The position numbers and the translations under genes were made by a program. From positions 103,863 through 167,862 of the forward strand of contig JAYKJE010000010.1 in NCBI GenBank assembly GCA_035285805.1: a stretch of DNA of 64,000 bases, read 5' to 3'. The notes under the pieces were generated by a model, which saw nothing but the letters and a program-made list of their open reading frames with translations, had not been told where the DNA came from and did not search any database. This document shows positions 1 to 10,679 of this stretch, in pieces (the first letter of the stretch is position 1; every line of letters begins with the position of its first letter). This stretch comes from a bacterium. GTDB lineage: Bacteria; Cyanobacteriota; Sericytochromatia; S15B-MN24; UBA4093.

Positions 1-1
1 G

Positions 2-238
2 GTCGAGGTCGCGCTGGAGCGGATCCGCGCAGGACGACCGGACGGGGCCAACGTCGGCTACGAGACCGAGGACTTCCTGCGCCGCGTGGCGGGTCACTAT
101 GCCCGCATGCAAGACGCTTGCCTGGTGCGTGTGGATGCCTCGGGTTCGCCTGACGAGGTGGCCGCGCGGGTCTGGTACGTGGTACGGCGGCGAGGCATTC
201 AAGATCTCTCAGCTCCTTCGCAGACCCGTGAGCGGTGA
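2..238 (+). CDS. tmk: Thymidylate kinase, C-terminal part (truncated by window edge)
   Basis: Manual translation VEVALERIRAGR...GYETEDFLRRVAGHYARM...VRVDASGSPDEVAARVW matches the lid and C-terminal region of dTMP kinases; TGA at 236-238. Confidence 0.7.
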   Translation, partial: VEVALERIRAGRPDGANVGYETEDFLRRVAGHYARMQDACLVRVDASGSPDEVAARVWYVVRRRGIQDLSAPSQTRER

Positions 239-250
239 GAGGTCCTGGAG

Positions 251-1711
251 ATGCGAATTCCCGGCCCACGCGTGACGGCTTATGTCTCGGCGTATCGCAG
301 CGCCCGGTTCTTGCAGGCGCGTCTCGAGAATCTGCTCCACCAGACTCTGTACGCCCGGGGGGAACTCGAGATCGTCGTGATCGACTCGCATTCCCCCGAA
401 GATGAACGCTCCATCGTGGAGTCGTTCCAGGTCGCACATCCCGCTATCGTGTACCGTCGAACCGATGTGCGTGAGACCGTCTATGCCGCCTGGAACAGGG
501 CGATCGCCCTCGCCTCTGGCAGATACCTGATCAACGCGAATTCCGACGATCGCTTTGCTCTGGATGCACTGGAGCGCCTTGCCGATGCGCTCGATGAGGA
601 TTCCACCCTGGATGCCGTGTATGGCGACTGGCTCATCACCCGGGTCGAGAACGACACCTTCGATTCCGCGACTCCCAAGACCCTTGTCGGGTATCCAGAC
701 TTCGAGCCCCCACTGCTCCTCTTTTTCCAGATCACGTCCCACGCAGCGCTGGTTCGTCGCTCCTGTTTCGATCGGATCGGGCTTTTCGATCCGCGATACA
801 AGGTCTATGGTGATCGGGAATGGATGTTGAGGTTCGCGCTGGCGGGACTGCGGGCGCGGCATCTTCCGCACGTCATCGGGCTCTACCTTGAAAGCCCCTC
901 CAGCGTCGAGCGTGCGAGTCAGGAAGCCGTTTCGGAAGGCCAGGACCTGCGAGACCATCATCTCGCGCCAGAGCGGCTATGGCGCCTCCTCGGATGGTCC
1001 GCCCCCCCCCTGAACTCCCGGGAACAGGCCCGGGCCTGCGCCCTGCTCGGGGCATACGGCGTGGCCAGCGGCACGGTGGATGGCAAGCCGGCTCGACATC
1101 TCGTTTTCGCTGCTCGATGTTTCGACCGTGCCCTCGAGCATGATGCGATGGATCCCGTGGCGCTGAACAACCTCGGGGTGATCCAGGCGGTCTCGGGGAA
1201 GCCCCACCTGGCCGAGGCCCTCCTGCTGAAGGCCATGCCCTTCGATGACTACGGGGAGGTGGCCGGCAATCTCGCACTTGTCAGGTCTGGATGCCGGGAG
1301 TTCGCCCGGTATCGCTGGCGAAGTGGCTCGGACTTTTATTTTCGAGACCGGTTTCACGTGGTCCTGTCGAGCCAGGACGCCGTGGGAATGGTCGTCGGCG
1401 CGACAACCTTCGTCGAGGCCTTCACGGAGCGGGATCCCGTCGTGCTGACCGTGCTTGCGCACTCGGACCTCGATCGTGTAGCAGGACTTCTCCCCTCCCA
1501 CCTGGAAGAAGCGGGTCTGGACCTTGCCAGTGCGCCAGAGATCCGGATCGTGCCCGGGCCCGTCACGGACCCGGAATGGCCTCCCTATCTCGAAGTGGCA
1601 GACCTTGTCCTGGGCGATCCGGAGATGCTTGAAAGAGCCACAAGGGCAGGGATTCCCACGCTATCCGACCTCCGTGTGGCAACTCTGCAGGCCACGTGCC
1701 GGTTCGACTGA
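251..1711 (+). CDS. Family 2 glycosyltransferase with TPR and an extra C-terminal domain
   Basis: GT2 motifs (EIVVIDSHS, YAAWNRAI, NSDD, GDREW), followed by TPR-like ALNNLGVIQA...AEALLLKA; GGAG before ATG. Confidence 0.85.
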   Translation: MRIPGPRVTAYVSAYRSARFLQARLENLLHQTLYARGELEIVVIDSHSPEDERSIVESFQVAHPAIVYRRTDVRETVYAAWNRAIALASGRYLINANSDDRFALDALERLADALDEDSTLDAVYGDWLITRVENDTFDSATPKTLVGYPDFEPPLLLFFQITSHAALVRRSCFDRIGLFDPRYKVYGDREWMLRFALAGLRARHLPHVIGLYLESPSSVERASQEAVSEGQDLRDHHLAPERLWRLLGWSAPPLNSREQARACALLGAYGVASGTVDGKPARHLVFAARCFDRALEHDAMDPVALNNLGVIQAVSGKPHLAEALLLKAMPFDDYGEVAGNLALVRSGCREFARYRWRSGSDFYFRDRFHVVLSSQDAVGMVVGATTFVEAFTERDPVVLTVLAHSDLDRVAGLLPSHLEEAGLDLASAPEIRIVPGPVTDPEWPPYLEVADLVLGDPEMLERATRAGIPTLSDLRVATLQATCRFD

Positions 1712-1726
1712 ACGCACCTGCGGTCG

Positions 1727-3541
1727 TCAGACCGCGGCAGCCCCGTCCCTGAGTTGCTGCGCGAACAGGCGCGAGTAGATTCCCTGGCCGTTCACGAGTT
1801 CGGCGTGGGTTCCCTGTTCGACCAGACGTCCCTGCTCGATCACGAGGATGCGGTCCGCTTCCACGATGGTCGACAGGCGATGGGCGATCGCCAGGGTTGT
1901 CCGCCCGGCCATGACGCCGGCCAGCGCCTCCTGCACGATCGCTTCGGACCGAGAATCCAGCGAACTCGTGGCCTCGTCCAGCACGAGAATCCGGGGCGCC
2001 TTCAGGATGACGCGTGCCAGGGCCAGGCGCTGCTTCTCGCCCCCGCTCATCCGGTAGCCACGTTCCCCCACGACCGTGTCGTAGCCTTCGGGCAGGGCGA
2101 CGATGGCCTCGTGCAGGGCCGCCTTCCGGCAGGCCTCGACGAGTTCCTCGTCCGTGGCCTCGGGCCGGGCATAGCGCAGGTTTTCCCGGATCGTCGTGTG
2201 AAACAGGAAGGGGTCCTGCGTCACGTACCCGATCGCCCCGTGCAGGCTGGCCTGCGTCAGCTCGCGAAGATCATGGCCGTCGATCCGGACCGACCCGGAT
2301 GCGGGATCGAAGAACCGGGCCAGCAGGTACGCCAGCGTGCTCTTGCCGGCACCGCTCGGGCCGACGATCGCCACGAACTCGCCGGGGCGGGCCTCGAAGC
2401 TCACGTTTTCGAGGAGGGGCTTGTCGGGGCGATACCGGAACGTCACGTTCTCGAAGTGGATGTGACCCTCCGGCGACTCGAGCTCCCGGGCGTGCGCGGC
2501 ATCCAAGATTTCCGGTTGCTGGTCAAGAAGCTGAAACAGGCGATCGAAGACGGCGAGCGCCCCCATCACGTTCACGTGGACGTTGGCGAGGGCCGATACG
2601 GGCCCGTAGAGGCGTCCCAGGTAGGCCACGAAGGCCACGAGGGTACCGACCGACAGCCCCTCGCGGATGGCCAGCCAGCCGCCGGCTCCGTACACCAGGG
2701 CGGGCCCCAGCGACGAGAAGAGGGTGAGCGCCACCACGAGCCAGCGCCACAGGAGCGAGCGGCGGATCTGGAGGGCGCTGAGTTCCCGGCAGATCTGCTC
2801 GTACCGGCGGGATTCACGCTCCGACTGTCCGAAGAGCCGGCGCATCAGGAAGCCCGGGATACTCATCGCGTCCTGCAGGTAGGCCGTCAGTTCGCCCTTG
2901 CGTTCCTGGGAGCGTGACACGATCTCCTGCCGCTTGCGGCCCACGTGGCGGGCAGGCAGGACGAACAGGGGCAGGATCGCCAGGGCGAACACGGCGAGGG
3001 GCCACGAGAGCGGGATGAGGACCAGGAGGGTCGTCAGGATCGTCAGGATGTTGCTGGCGATCGCGAGCACGGTGTCCGAGAAGACATCCTGGAGTTCGTT
3101 GACGTCGTTATGGAGCCTGCTGGTGAGTTCGCCCGGACGCGCGCCCGTGAAGTAGCCGAGCGTCTGGCCCTGCAGGTGTCGAAACAGGTCGAGGCGGAGG
3201 TCCAGCATGATGGCCTGGCTGATCCGCTCGTCCAGGTAGGTCTCGAGCACCCCCAGCAGACCCACGACGACCGGGACAACCACCATCCCCGCACACAGCC
3301 AGCCCAGCAGCCCCAGGTTTTTTTCGGGCAGCGCATGGTCCAGCAAGGACCTGAGCAGGAGCGGGGGCACGAGCCCCAGGCTCGCGGAGGTCGCGATGAC
3401 GGTCAGGCTTCCCAGGGCCCAGCGGGCATGGGGGCGGAAGGTCCGTGCGATCCGGATCACGTGGGCACGGTTGATCGGGGCCTTCTCGGCGCTCGCGCCG
3501 ATGTTCCAGGCACCGTACAGGCTGCTTGCGCCGCCGAGCAT
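1727..3541 (-). CDS. ABC exporter, fused permease/ATP-binding protein
   Basis: TM domain plus Walker A GPSGAGKST, signature MSGGEKQR, Walker B LVLDEATS, H-loop IAHRLST. Confidence 0.95.
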   Translation of the reverse strand: MLGGASSLYGAWNIGASAEKAPINRAHVIRIARTFRPHARWALGSLTVIATSASLGLVPPLLLRSLLDHALPEKNLGLLGWLCAGMVVVPVVVGLLGVLETYLDERISQAIMLDLRLDLFRHLQGQTLGYFTGARPGELTSRLHNDVNELQDVFSDTVLAIASNILTILTTLLVLIPLSWPLAVFALAILPLFVLPARHVGRKRQEIVSRSQERKGELTAYLQDAMSIPGFLMRRLFGQSERESRRYEQICRELSALQIRRSLLWRWLVVALTLFSSLGPALVYGAGGWLAIREGLSVGTLVAFVAYLGRLYGPVSALANVHVNVMGALAVFDRLFQLLDQQPEILDAAHARELESPEGHIHFENVTFRYRPDKPLLENVSFEARPGEFVAIVGPSGAGKSTLAYLLARFFDPASGSVRIDGHDLRELTQASLHGAIGYVTQDPFLFHTTIRENLRYARPEATDEELVEACRKAALHEAIVALPEGYDTVVGERGYRMSGGEKQRLALARVILKAPRILVLDEATSSLDSRSEAIVQEALAGVMAGRTTLAIAHRLSTIVEADRILVIEQGRLVEQGTHAELVNGQGIYSRLFAQQLRDGAAAV

Positions 3542-3618
3542 GCAGGGCGTCCTTTCGAAGATTGCACCGATAGCCGCTAGAATATTCGAGTCTACGGCAT
3601 TCCGGCGGGAGGTGGGGA

Positions 3619-4173
3619 TTGGTGCTATGGCTGCTGGGGGCAGGGCTCATCGGGTTCCTGGTGTGGATCGGGGTCGCCGCGGCCCAGGATCCCGAGGCCG
3701 GGTTCGGTCCACGTGACCTTCCGACGCTGATCCGGGTCCGGCCCTCATTTCTGGACGTGCGCCAGGCCGAGGTCTACGAACTCGTCGCCGAGCGCATCGC
3801 GCGCCGAGGCTTGCTGCTGTTCCCGCGCGTGCTCATCTCGACGATCTTCGATGCGGGCCGCATCACCCCGACGGGGTGGCACCGGATGCGCAACAATCCG
3901 GTCGACTTCGTCCTCGTCCGGGCTCGCACGTTCGAGCCCGTGGCCCTGATGGTGCTCGAGGGCATGGCCAGGGGGCATTACCTCGAGGAAGAGAACCGTC
4001 AGATGAAAGAGGACGCGATCATCGAATCAGGTTTACCGATGCTCAAGATCGGCGTCGCCCCCGACCGGTCACTGGGTGACTCGGCCGAGGGCGTGCTCGA
4101 ATGGCTGGATCGGGTGGTGTTACCCGGTGCGGATCACTCCGAGGGGAGCAGGACCCAGGTCGACTTGTTGTAG
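3619..4173 (+). CDS. DUF2726-like membrane-anchored protein
   Basis: N-terminal TM helix, then FPRVLISTI, VDFVLV and KEDAIIESGLPMLKI, which follow the DUF2726 pattern. Confidence 0.6.
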   Translation: MVLWLLGAGLIGFLVWIGVAAAQDPEAGFGPRDLPTLIRVRPSFLDVRQAEVYELVAERIARRGLLLFPRVLISTIFDAGRITPTGWHRMRNNPVDFVLVRARTFEPVALMVLEGMARGHYLEEENRQMKEDAIIESGLPMLKIGVAPDRSLGDSAEGVLEWLDRVVLPGADHSEGSRTQVDLL

Positions 4174-4562
4174 TCGAAGAACACCATCGACCGACGGATC
4201 TTGCTGCCCAGTTCTTCGTAGGGGACGAAAGGTTCGGCGGTCGAGACTTCCTTCGTCTCGGCCGTGGTTCCCACGCAGTAACGCTCACCGTTCAGCTCGA
4301 ACAGCGTCATGACGAGCGTCTTCTGCTCACCATCGACGAACCAGAGCTTGTTGTCAGCGACCTTGTAGGTGCCGCTCTGGCCCTGCGCTGCCAGTTCCTG
4401 GCTCCAGGCCTCGGCCAGCGAATCGTCCCACGAGAACACGTCATGACCGCAGTAGCGGTTGTCGTCCAGGAGCTTCGTGACGACGAAGATCCGGGCCTGG
4501 CCGGCGGGATCGAGCTCCTGGACGAGCATGCCGGGCTTCAAAACGTGACTCTTGGAATTCAA
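4134..4562 (-). CDS. Hypothetical protein (142 aa)
   Basis: Protein-like composition, TTG start with GAGGAGG upstream; no family recognised. Confidence 0.7.
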   Translation of the reverse strand: MNSKSHVLKPGMLVQELDPAGQARIFVVTKLLDDNRYCGHDVFSWDDSLAEAWSQELAAQGQSGTYKVADNKLWFVDGEQKTLVMTLFELNGERYCVGTTAETKEVSTAEPFVPYEELGSKIRRSMVFFDYNKSTWVLLPSE

Positions 4563-4893
4563 GGGGCCTCCTCATGATGGGGCGCTGGACGGTCCGGACG
4601 GATTGGCCGCTTGCGCCAGGTTTCGATTCTGCCAGCGGGGGACCGACACCCATCCTGGGCGAAAGTCAGGCCCGGCCATCAGGCCAGAATGGACAGATCT
4701 CCCGGTGCGCCGTTCGCAATTCCGGGATGGCTCCGGGTCTGACGCTTCGACGTCCGACTGGCTTCCACCCTCATTATAGCGTCCCTATCCTGCGACTTGC
4801 GTGATGTACATAACTTGTCACCTGTGATCCACGCGCTTTTCCGGCGCAGGCAAGCGGTTTTACGCTGGAGAGACCTCAAGAGGAGCGATCGCC

Positions 4894-5826
4894 ATGACTT
4901 CCACCATCCGGATCAAGGCATTCCACGCCACAGAAGCAGGGCTGGACTGGTTGCACGATGTCCCGCTCGGACGCTTGCCGGAGGCGATTCACGCGCGCCT
5001 CGAGGAAGCCCGGGCAGCTGCCCTCCAGGATGGGTACCAGAAAGGGTACGCCGTGGCCGCTTCCGATCTCGAGAATCGTCACCAGCGGGCACTCGAGGAG
5101 CGGCTGGCCGAGGTCGAGACCGGGCTCGAGGTCCGCCTGGCCGAGCGGCTGCAACACGAACGGGCCCGTCTCGAACAGCATGTGCTCCAGCAAGAAGACG
5201 CGCGGAAGCGGGAGTGGGCCGAGCGTGAGGCGCGCGAGCTCGCCGAGCGTGCGAGGTCGTTCGACAGGCTCGTCGCCGATCGCGAGCGCCAGATCGAGGA
5301 GCGGCTTCGCCGGGAGATCCTGGCCGAATCCGCTACCCAGGCCGAACAGCGCCTGAAGGCCCTCGAGGACGCCTACGAGCGCGGGCGCCGGGATGGCGCC
5401 CAGAAACTGACCGGCCGGTCGGGCACCGTCCCCGTGGAGACTTCCCCGGGCACGCGAGAGGTATCACCATCCGGCGCGCCGGGATTCGAGGCCGAGCGGC
5501 TGGAATCCATCCGCCGGCAGGCCTTCCAGAACGGATATGACCAGGGCTTGCAGCGCGGACGTCTCGAGGTCGAGGCTCGTCAGGACATCCGCCTGCAGGA
5601 GGCCCGGCGCGAAGGGTATCATGAGGGTCTGCGTGCATGGCGCGGCAGTGCCCGGGAACGGGTCTGGGCCCTCGGAGTCCTCCACCTTCAGGAGGGCGCA
5701 ACCGCTGAGGCCGTGCGCCAGCGCCACAGGCGCCTCACCCGGATCTTCCATCCCGATCACCATCCGGATCTGGAAGATACCCACATCAAGGCCCTCAACC
5801 GGGCCAGAGACCTGCTCGAATCGTGA
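4894..5826 (+). CDS. Coiled-coil protein with GxxxG repeats and C-terminal J domain
   Basis: AGGAG RBS; C-terminal ALGVLHL...VRQRHRRLTRIFHPD...KALNRARDLL is a J domain with the HPD motif. Confidence 0.8.
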   Translation: MTSTIRIKAFHATEAGLDWLHDVPLGRLPEAIHARLEEARAAALQDGYQKGYAVAASDLENRHQRALEERLAEVETGLEVRLAERLQHERARLEQHVLQQEDARKREWAEREARELAERARSFDRLVADRERQIEERLRREILAESATQAEQRLKALEDAYERGRRDGAQKLTGRSGTVPVETSPGTREVSPSGAPGFEAERLESIRRQAFQNGYDQGLQRGRLEVEARQDIRLQEARREGYHEGLRAWRGSARERVWALGVLHLQEGATAEAVRQRHRRLTRIFHPDHHPDLEDTHIKALNRARDLLES

Positions 5827-6434
5827 GAACCAAGCATCTGGCCGAAGGTAAGAATCTGGCCCACTCGTGGGTCGCCATCGTCGATGAAGACTGGCGGCGT
5901 CCGGACTGGCGAGAGGTCTTCGACGCACCGGGTCCGCTGCACCTGGAACTCGGGATGGGGAACGGTCGCCACCTGATCGATACCGCACTCCGGGAACCGG
6001 GATGGTGTCACGTCGGTCTGGATGCCAAGCATTACCGGGTCGAGCAAGCCGTGAGGCGGGCCGAGCGTTACGGCGTCGAAGGCGTCCGCTTCCTCGTCGG
6101 GGACCTCTTCGAGATGCCCGATCCCGTGGAAGACGGCACCCTCGCCAGGCTCACGATCCTGTTTCCGGATCCATGGCCCCGGGCGAGGGGCGATCGCTTC
6201 AGGCTGACCAACCCGACCCTCGTCGAGCGTTACCGTCGCTGGCTGGCCCCTGGCGGCAGCGTCCATTTCAGGACGGATCACGAGGCCCTGTTCATCTACT
6301 CGGTCAGACGTTTCGAGGAGGCAGGCTTCCGCGTGGAGCAAACCGTGCCTCTGGACCGGGTCGTCTCCGAGTTCGAGAGCAAGTTCCTCGCTCGCGGCCA
6401 GGAAATCTACGGGCTGGTCGCGTCCCTGACATAG
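5823..6434 (+). CDS. trmB: tRNA (guanine-N7)-methyltransferase
   Basis: LELGMGNG SAM-binding motif, FPDPWP, FRTDH, SEFESKF. Confidence 0.9.
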   Translation: MRTKHLAEGKNLAHSWVAIVDEDWRRPDWREVFDAPGPLHLELGMGNGRHLIDTALREPGWCHVGLDAKHYRVEQAVRRAERYGVEGVRFLVGDLFEMPDPVEDGTLARLTILFPDPWPRARGDRFRLTNPTLVERYRRWLAPGGSVHFRTDHEALFIYSVRRFEEAGFRVEQTVPLDRVVSEFESKFLARGQEIYGLVASLT

Positions 6435-7675
6435 GCCGCAGCCGCTTCACCGGCCATCGCGCCGCTGGACCAGGCGATCTGGAAGTTGAATCCGCCCACG
6501 AAGCCATCGAGGTCGAGGATCTCACCGGCGAAATACAGGCCCGGGATCACGCGTGAAGCGAAGGTGCGGGGATCGACCTCCCCGAGGGACACGCCACCGG
6601 CCGTGACCTCGGCGACCTCGAAGGAGTGCCATCCCGTCACGGGGAACGTCCAGCCCTTGAGGACCTCCACGAGCTTCCCCAGGGCTTTCTTGCCGAGCTC
6701 GGCGGCTTTGCGACCCGGGTCGATGTCGGCTGCAGCGAGGATCACGGGGCCCACGGCCTTCGGGACCTCGTTCCTCAGCAACGAGGCGGCCTGGGACTTG
6801 CCGGCCTCTGCGACGCGAGCCGTCAGTTCCGAGAGCAGGTGATCGCGCGCGATGTCGGGCATGAGGTCCACCACCAGCGCCGCGGACTGCCCGGCTGAGA
6901 CGCCGGCGGCGATCGCCCGGCTGAGCTGGAGGACGATGGGGCCCGACAGGCCCGTGTGGGTGAACAGCATGTCGCCTCGGAAGGACCGGCCAGCCGGCTG
7001 ACCCGCGACCCGGGCGCGCCCCTCGACGTCTCGCAGGGCGACTCCGGCCAGCTCCCGGGTTCCAGCCGTGCGGAGGGGGACCAGAGAGGGAAAGAGGGGC
7101 GAGACGGTGTGTCCCACCCGCTCGACCATCTCATACCCGTCACCGGTGGAGCCCGAGCGAGGGAGGGACTTTCCCCCCACGCACAGGATCACGGTACCGG
7201 CCTCGATGATCTCGCCATCTGCCAGGACGACACCCCGACAGGCGCCCGCCCGGACGTGCAAGGCCGATACGGGAGTGGACAGCCGGAGAACCACTCCGGC
7301 TTCGCGCAACTCGGCGAGCAGGGCCGAGATGACGTCCTGGCTGCGGTCACTGACGGGAAAGCGCTTCCGGCTCTCGACTTCGACGCGGGTCTTCACTCCG
7401 TGCCTCGCGAGCAGGGCCAGGATCTCGTCGGGGGGATGAGCCCTGAGGGCATCCCGGAAAAACCTGCCATTGCCCGGGATCATCCCGAGAATCTCGGCCG
7501 GGTCGTCAAGGGCCGTCGTGACGTTGCAGCGGCCTCCTCCCGAGATGCCGATCTTGAAACCCGGTCGGGCCGTCTTCTCGAGCAGCAGGACGGATGCCCC
7601 TGCTCGCGCGGCGGCCGCCGCGGCCATCATGCCTGCCGCCCCTGCGCCGACCACCAGGACGTCCGGTTCCCTCAT
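6407..7675 (-). CDS. HI0933/BaiN-family flavoprotein
   Basis: GAGAAGMMAA, ISGGGRCNVT, GSTGDGY, FTHTGLSGP, VTAGGV, GGFNFQIAWSSG. Confidence 0.9.
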   Translation of the reverse strand: MREPDVLVVGAGAAGMMAAAAAARAGASVLLLEKTARPGFKIGISGGGRCNVTTALDDPAEILGMIPGNGRFFRDALRAHPPDEILALLARHGVKTRVEVESRKRFPVSDRSQDVISALLAELREAGVVLRLSTPVSALHVRAGACRGVVLADGEIIEAGTVILCVGGKSLPRSGSTGDGYEMVERVGHTVSPLFPSLVPLRTAGTRELAGVALRDVEGRARVAGQPAGRSFRGDMLFTHTGLSGPIVLQLSRAIAAGVSAGQSAALVVDLMPDIARDHLLSELTARVAEAGKSQAASLLRNEVPKAVGPVILAAADIDPGRKAAELGKKALGKLVEVLKGWTFPVTGWHSFEVAEVTAGGVSLGEVDPRTFASRVIPGLYFAGEILDLDGFVGGFNFQIAWSSGAMAGEAAAAYVRDATSP

Positions 7676-7725
7676 CGCGTTTTCCTTTCCCACCGACCGG
7701 GGAATACCGAGATCCCGGAGGTGCC

Positions 7726-8190
7726 ATGCCCAGCGTCCTGTTCGTCTGTCTCGGCAACATCTGTCGTTCCCCGCTCGCGGAAGGTATCTTCCGTCATCAC
7801 GTGGAAAGGCGCGGTCTCGCCGATCGCTTCGTCATCGATTCGGCCGGGACGGGGGACTGGCACGTCGGCTCGCCGCCGCACATCGAGTCCCGGCGCGTGG
7901 CCCGGGATCGGGGCCTCGACATCTCGAGCCAGCGGGCGCGCCAGATCGTCCCGGACGACCTGAAGACGTTCGACTGGGTCGTGGCCATGGATACCACCAA
8001 CCATCGCGACATCCTCGCCCTGCCGGGGGCGGGCGGCTGTCCGGCCCGCGTGATCCGGTTGCTGGACATCGTGTCGCATGCCTCGAAAGACGTGCCTGAC
8101 CCGTATTTCGGGGGAGCTGATGGGTTCGATGCGGTCTACGACCTGCTGGATGAGGCCTGTGCGGCCTTCCTCGATCACGTGATGGACTGA
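7726..8190 (+). CDS. Low-molecular-weight protein-tyrosine phosphatase
   Basis: P-loop [22 protein letters not shown]; GGAGG RBS. Confidence 0.95.
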   Translation: MPSVLFVCLGNICRSPLAEGIFRHHVERRGLADRFVIDSAGTGDWHVGSPPHIESRRVARDRGLDISSQRARQIVPDDLKTFDWVVAMDTTNHRDILALPGAGGCPARVIRLLDIVSHASKDVPDPYFGGADGFDAVYDLLDEACAAFLDHVMD

Positions 8191-9152
8191 GCCGGCGCGC
8201 TCCAGTCGAGCATCCGCCGGATGGGCGCGAGCGCGCGGACGCGCAGGTCCTCGTCCATCTCGATGGTCGGCTGGAGGTCCCGGAGGGCCAGGTAAAGCTT
8301 CTCGAGCGTGTTGAGGCGCATGTGGGGACACGCGTTGCAGGCACAGGTCTCATCCTCTCCCGGGGCGGCCAGCAAGGTGGCGCCCGGGGCGTGCTTGCGC
8401 ATCTCGTGCATGATCCCCGGTTCGGTGGCCACGATGAACGAGCCGTCGGGGTGACGCTTCACGTGCTCGAGCAGGGCCGAGGTGCTGCCGATGTGATCGG
8501 CCAGGGCCAGCACCGGATCTTCGCATTCGGGATGCGCCAGCACGACGGCACCGGGATTGGCATGCTTGAGGGCTTGCAGGCGACGCGCCGAGAAGGTCTC
8601 GTGGACCATGCAACTGCCGTCATAGAGGACCATGTCCCGACCCGTCCGGCGCGTGAGCCATCGGCCGAGGTTCCGATCCGGTGCGAAGATGATGCCTCGA
8701 TCGGCCGGAACCTGCCGGATGATCCGTTCCGCGTTGCTGCTCGTCACGATGACGTCGCTCATGGCTTTCACGGCTGCCGAGCAGTTGATGTACGAGACGA
8801 TCCAGTGGTCCGGGTGACGGTCCTTGAGGGCTGCGAGGCGATCGGGGGGGCAACTGTCTGCAAGGCTGCATCCGGCTGCGAGATCTGGTAACACGACGGT
8901 GCGGGTCGGGTTCAGGATCTTGGCCGTCTCCGCCATGAAATGGACCCCCGCGAAGACGATCACCTCGGCATCCGTCGTGGCTGCCGCCTGGGCGAGCGCG
9001 AGGCTGTCCCCCAGGAAGTCCGCGACGTCCTGGATGTCGGGATCCTGGTAATAGTGGGCGAGGATCACGGCCCGGCGCGAGGCCTTGAGCTCTTCGATGG
9101 CCTGGAACAGATCCAGGCGGGGGTCGATCCGGGCAGCCATCGTCGGGGACAT
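8175..9152 (-). CDS. nadA: Quinolinate synthase A
   Basis: [42 protein letters not shown]; start approximate. Confidence 0.95.
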   Translation of the reverse strand: MSPTMAARIDPRLDLFQAIEELKASRRAVILAHYYQDPDIQDVADFLGDSLALAQAAATTDAEVIVFAGVHFMAETAKILNPTRTVVLPDLAAGCSLADSCPPDRLAALKDRHPDHWIVSYINCSAAVKAMSDVIVTSSNAERIIRQVPADRGIIFAPDRNLGRWLTRRTGRDMVLYDGSCMVHETFSARRLQALKHANPGAVVLAHPECEDPVLALADHIGSTSALLEHVKRHPDGSFIVATEPGIMHEMRKHAPGATLLAAPGEDETCACNACPHMRLNTLEKLYLALRDLQPTIEMDEDLRVRALAPIRRMLDWSAPAQSIT

Positions 9153-9297
9153 CTCTCGCACCTCCACCGGCGTATTGTATCGCACCGCTGCTCCCCCCGC
9201 ACGGCGTCATGGGCCGCTTTTGCGCCCTCCGGCGTTCGACAGGCGGGAATTCTCGGGTATCATGGGAAAAGCCCGACGTATCCTCAAAGGAGAGGTT

Positions 9298-10257
9298 ATG
9301 TGTCCCACGCAGTCTCACCGACGCGCTGCCGAGGGGGGCGAGGCCGCTTCCCCCGCTTGCTCCTTGATGGGGGTCCCCTTCGATCTGGGGGGACCAGCCC
9401 GGGGATCCTCCCTCGCACCGCGCGCCATCCGACTTGCCGGTCTCGCCGACCGCTTGCAGGCCCTCGGAATTCGCTTCACTGACCTCGGTGACGTCCCCGT
9501 TCCCGATCACCCGTCGCCCGGTCACCCGTCCCTCCGCAACCTCGAGGCCGTGACGGCCATGTCCGTGGCTGCCTTCGAACGTGCTCGGGTGGCCAATTTT
9601 GCCGACGGACCGCTCGTCACCGTCGGTGGGGATCACAGCATCGCCATCGGAAGCGTCGCCGCGAGTGCCGCCTGGTGTCATGCGAACGGCGGCGAACTGG
9701 GGTTGGTCTGGATCGATGCCCATGGCGACTTCAACACGGCCAGCACCACCCTGAGTGGCAACATCCATGGCATGCCCTTCGCGATCGCCCTCGGTCTCGG
9801 GGAGCCGTCCCTGACGGAACTCGGAGGAATCTGCCCGAAGGTGCGCCCCGAACACGCGATCCTCATCGGGGCCCGCGACCTCGACGAGGACGAGGCCTCC
9901 CTCATCCGGGACACGGGGATCCGCGTTATCACCACGGACGAGGTGCGTTCCCGCGGTCTGCAGGCCGTGCTCGACGAGGTCCTTCCGGCTCTCGTCGCCC
10001 GCACCTCGGGACTGCATGTCAGCCTGGATGTCGATGCGATCGACCCGGACGAGGTCCCTGCTGTCGGCACCCCGGTTCCCCGGGGCATGACGGTTTCCGA
10101 CATGCGACTCGCCGTCGAGGCGATCGCGCGCACTGGACATCTGGTGGCCCTCGATCTCGTCGAGATCGATCCCCTCCGGGACGTCGCCGGTCGGAGCCTC
10201 CAGGTGGGACAGGATCTCGTCGTCGCGATGCTGACGCCTGCACGCCCGGCTGCCTGA
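9298..10257 (+). CDS. rocF: Arginase (ureohydrolase family)
   Basis: GGDHSIA, DAHGDFNT, SGNIHGMP, SLDVDAIDP, GTPVPRG; AGGAG RBS. Confidence 0.88.
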   Translation: MCPTQSHRRAAEGGEAASPACSLMGVPFDLGGPARGSSLAPRAIRLAGLADRLQALGIRFTDLGDVPVPDHPSPGHPSLRNLEAVTAMSVAAFERARVANFADGPLVTVGGDHSIAIGSVAASAAWCHANGGELGLVWIDAHGDFNTASTTLSGNIHGMPFAIALGLGEPSLTELGGICPKVRPEHAILIGARDLDEDEASLIRDTGIRVITTDEVRSRGLQAVLDEVLPALVARTSGLHVSLDVDAIDPDEVPAVGTPVPRGMTVSDMRLAVEAIARTGHLVALDLVEIDPLRDVAGRSLQVGQDLVVAMLTPARPAA

Positions 10258-10386
10258 GGCGGGCGGGCCGTCCTTGTCGCCCCGCCCGGGCCCCGGCATG
10301 CTGATTTTCCGGAATCCCGCTTCATGGCCCGGCCATGCGGGTATACATAACGTGTCGATTCACCGCGCAGGGGGGAGGGCGTCCCC

Positions 10387-10662
10387 ATGGATTTTCGACG
10401 CATTCACGCGCAGCGCCAGGCCGAGCTCGATGAGGTGCTGCTCAAGTCTCTGCACGAGGAGCAGGCTCGGCTCACCTCGCGCCTCAAGACGATCCGCCAT
10501 GAAATGGACGGCATGCTCCGGGTGATCGAGCAATACCGGGCTCACATCCAGGAGCAGGAACGGGTCGCGCTCGATCTCGAGCAGGCGGTTGCGCGCCTCG
10601 AAACCCAGGAGCGGGAGATCCGGCAGGACCAGGAGCGCTGGTCAGGCAAGCTCGCGGGGTGA
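10387..10662 (+). CDS. Hypothetical coiled-coil protein (91 aa)
   Basis: Heptad-rich, E/Q/R-rich ORF with GGAGG upstream. Confidence 0.65.
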   Translation: MDFRRIHAQRQAELDEVLLKSLHEEQARLTSRLKTIRHEMDGMLRVIEQYRAHIQEQERVALDLEQAVARLETQEREIRQDQERWSGKLAG

Positions 10663-10679
10663 AGCGGCCACCTGACGTT

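Noticed and set aside
4799-4835. Possible CRP-like site (CGTGA-N6-TAACT)
   Set aside because: Only one half-site matches well; could be chance
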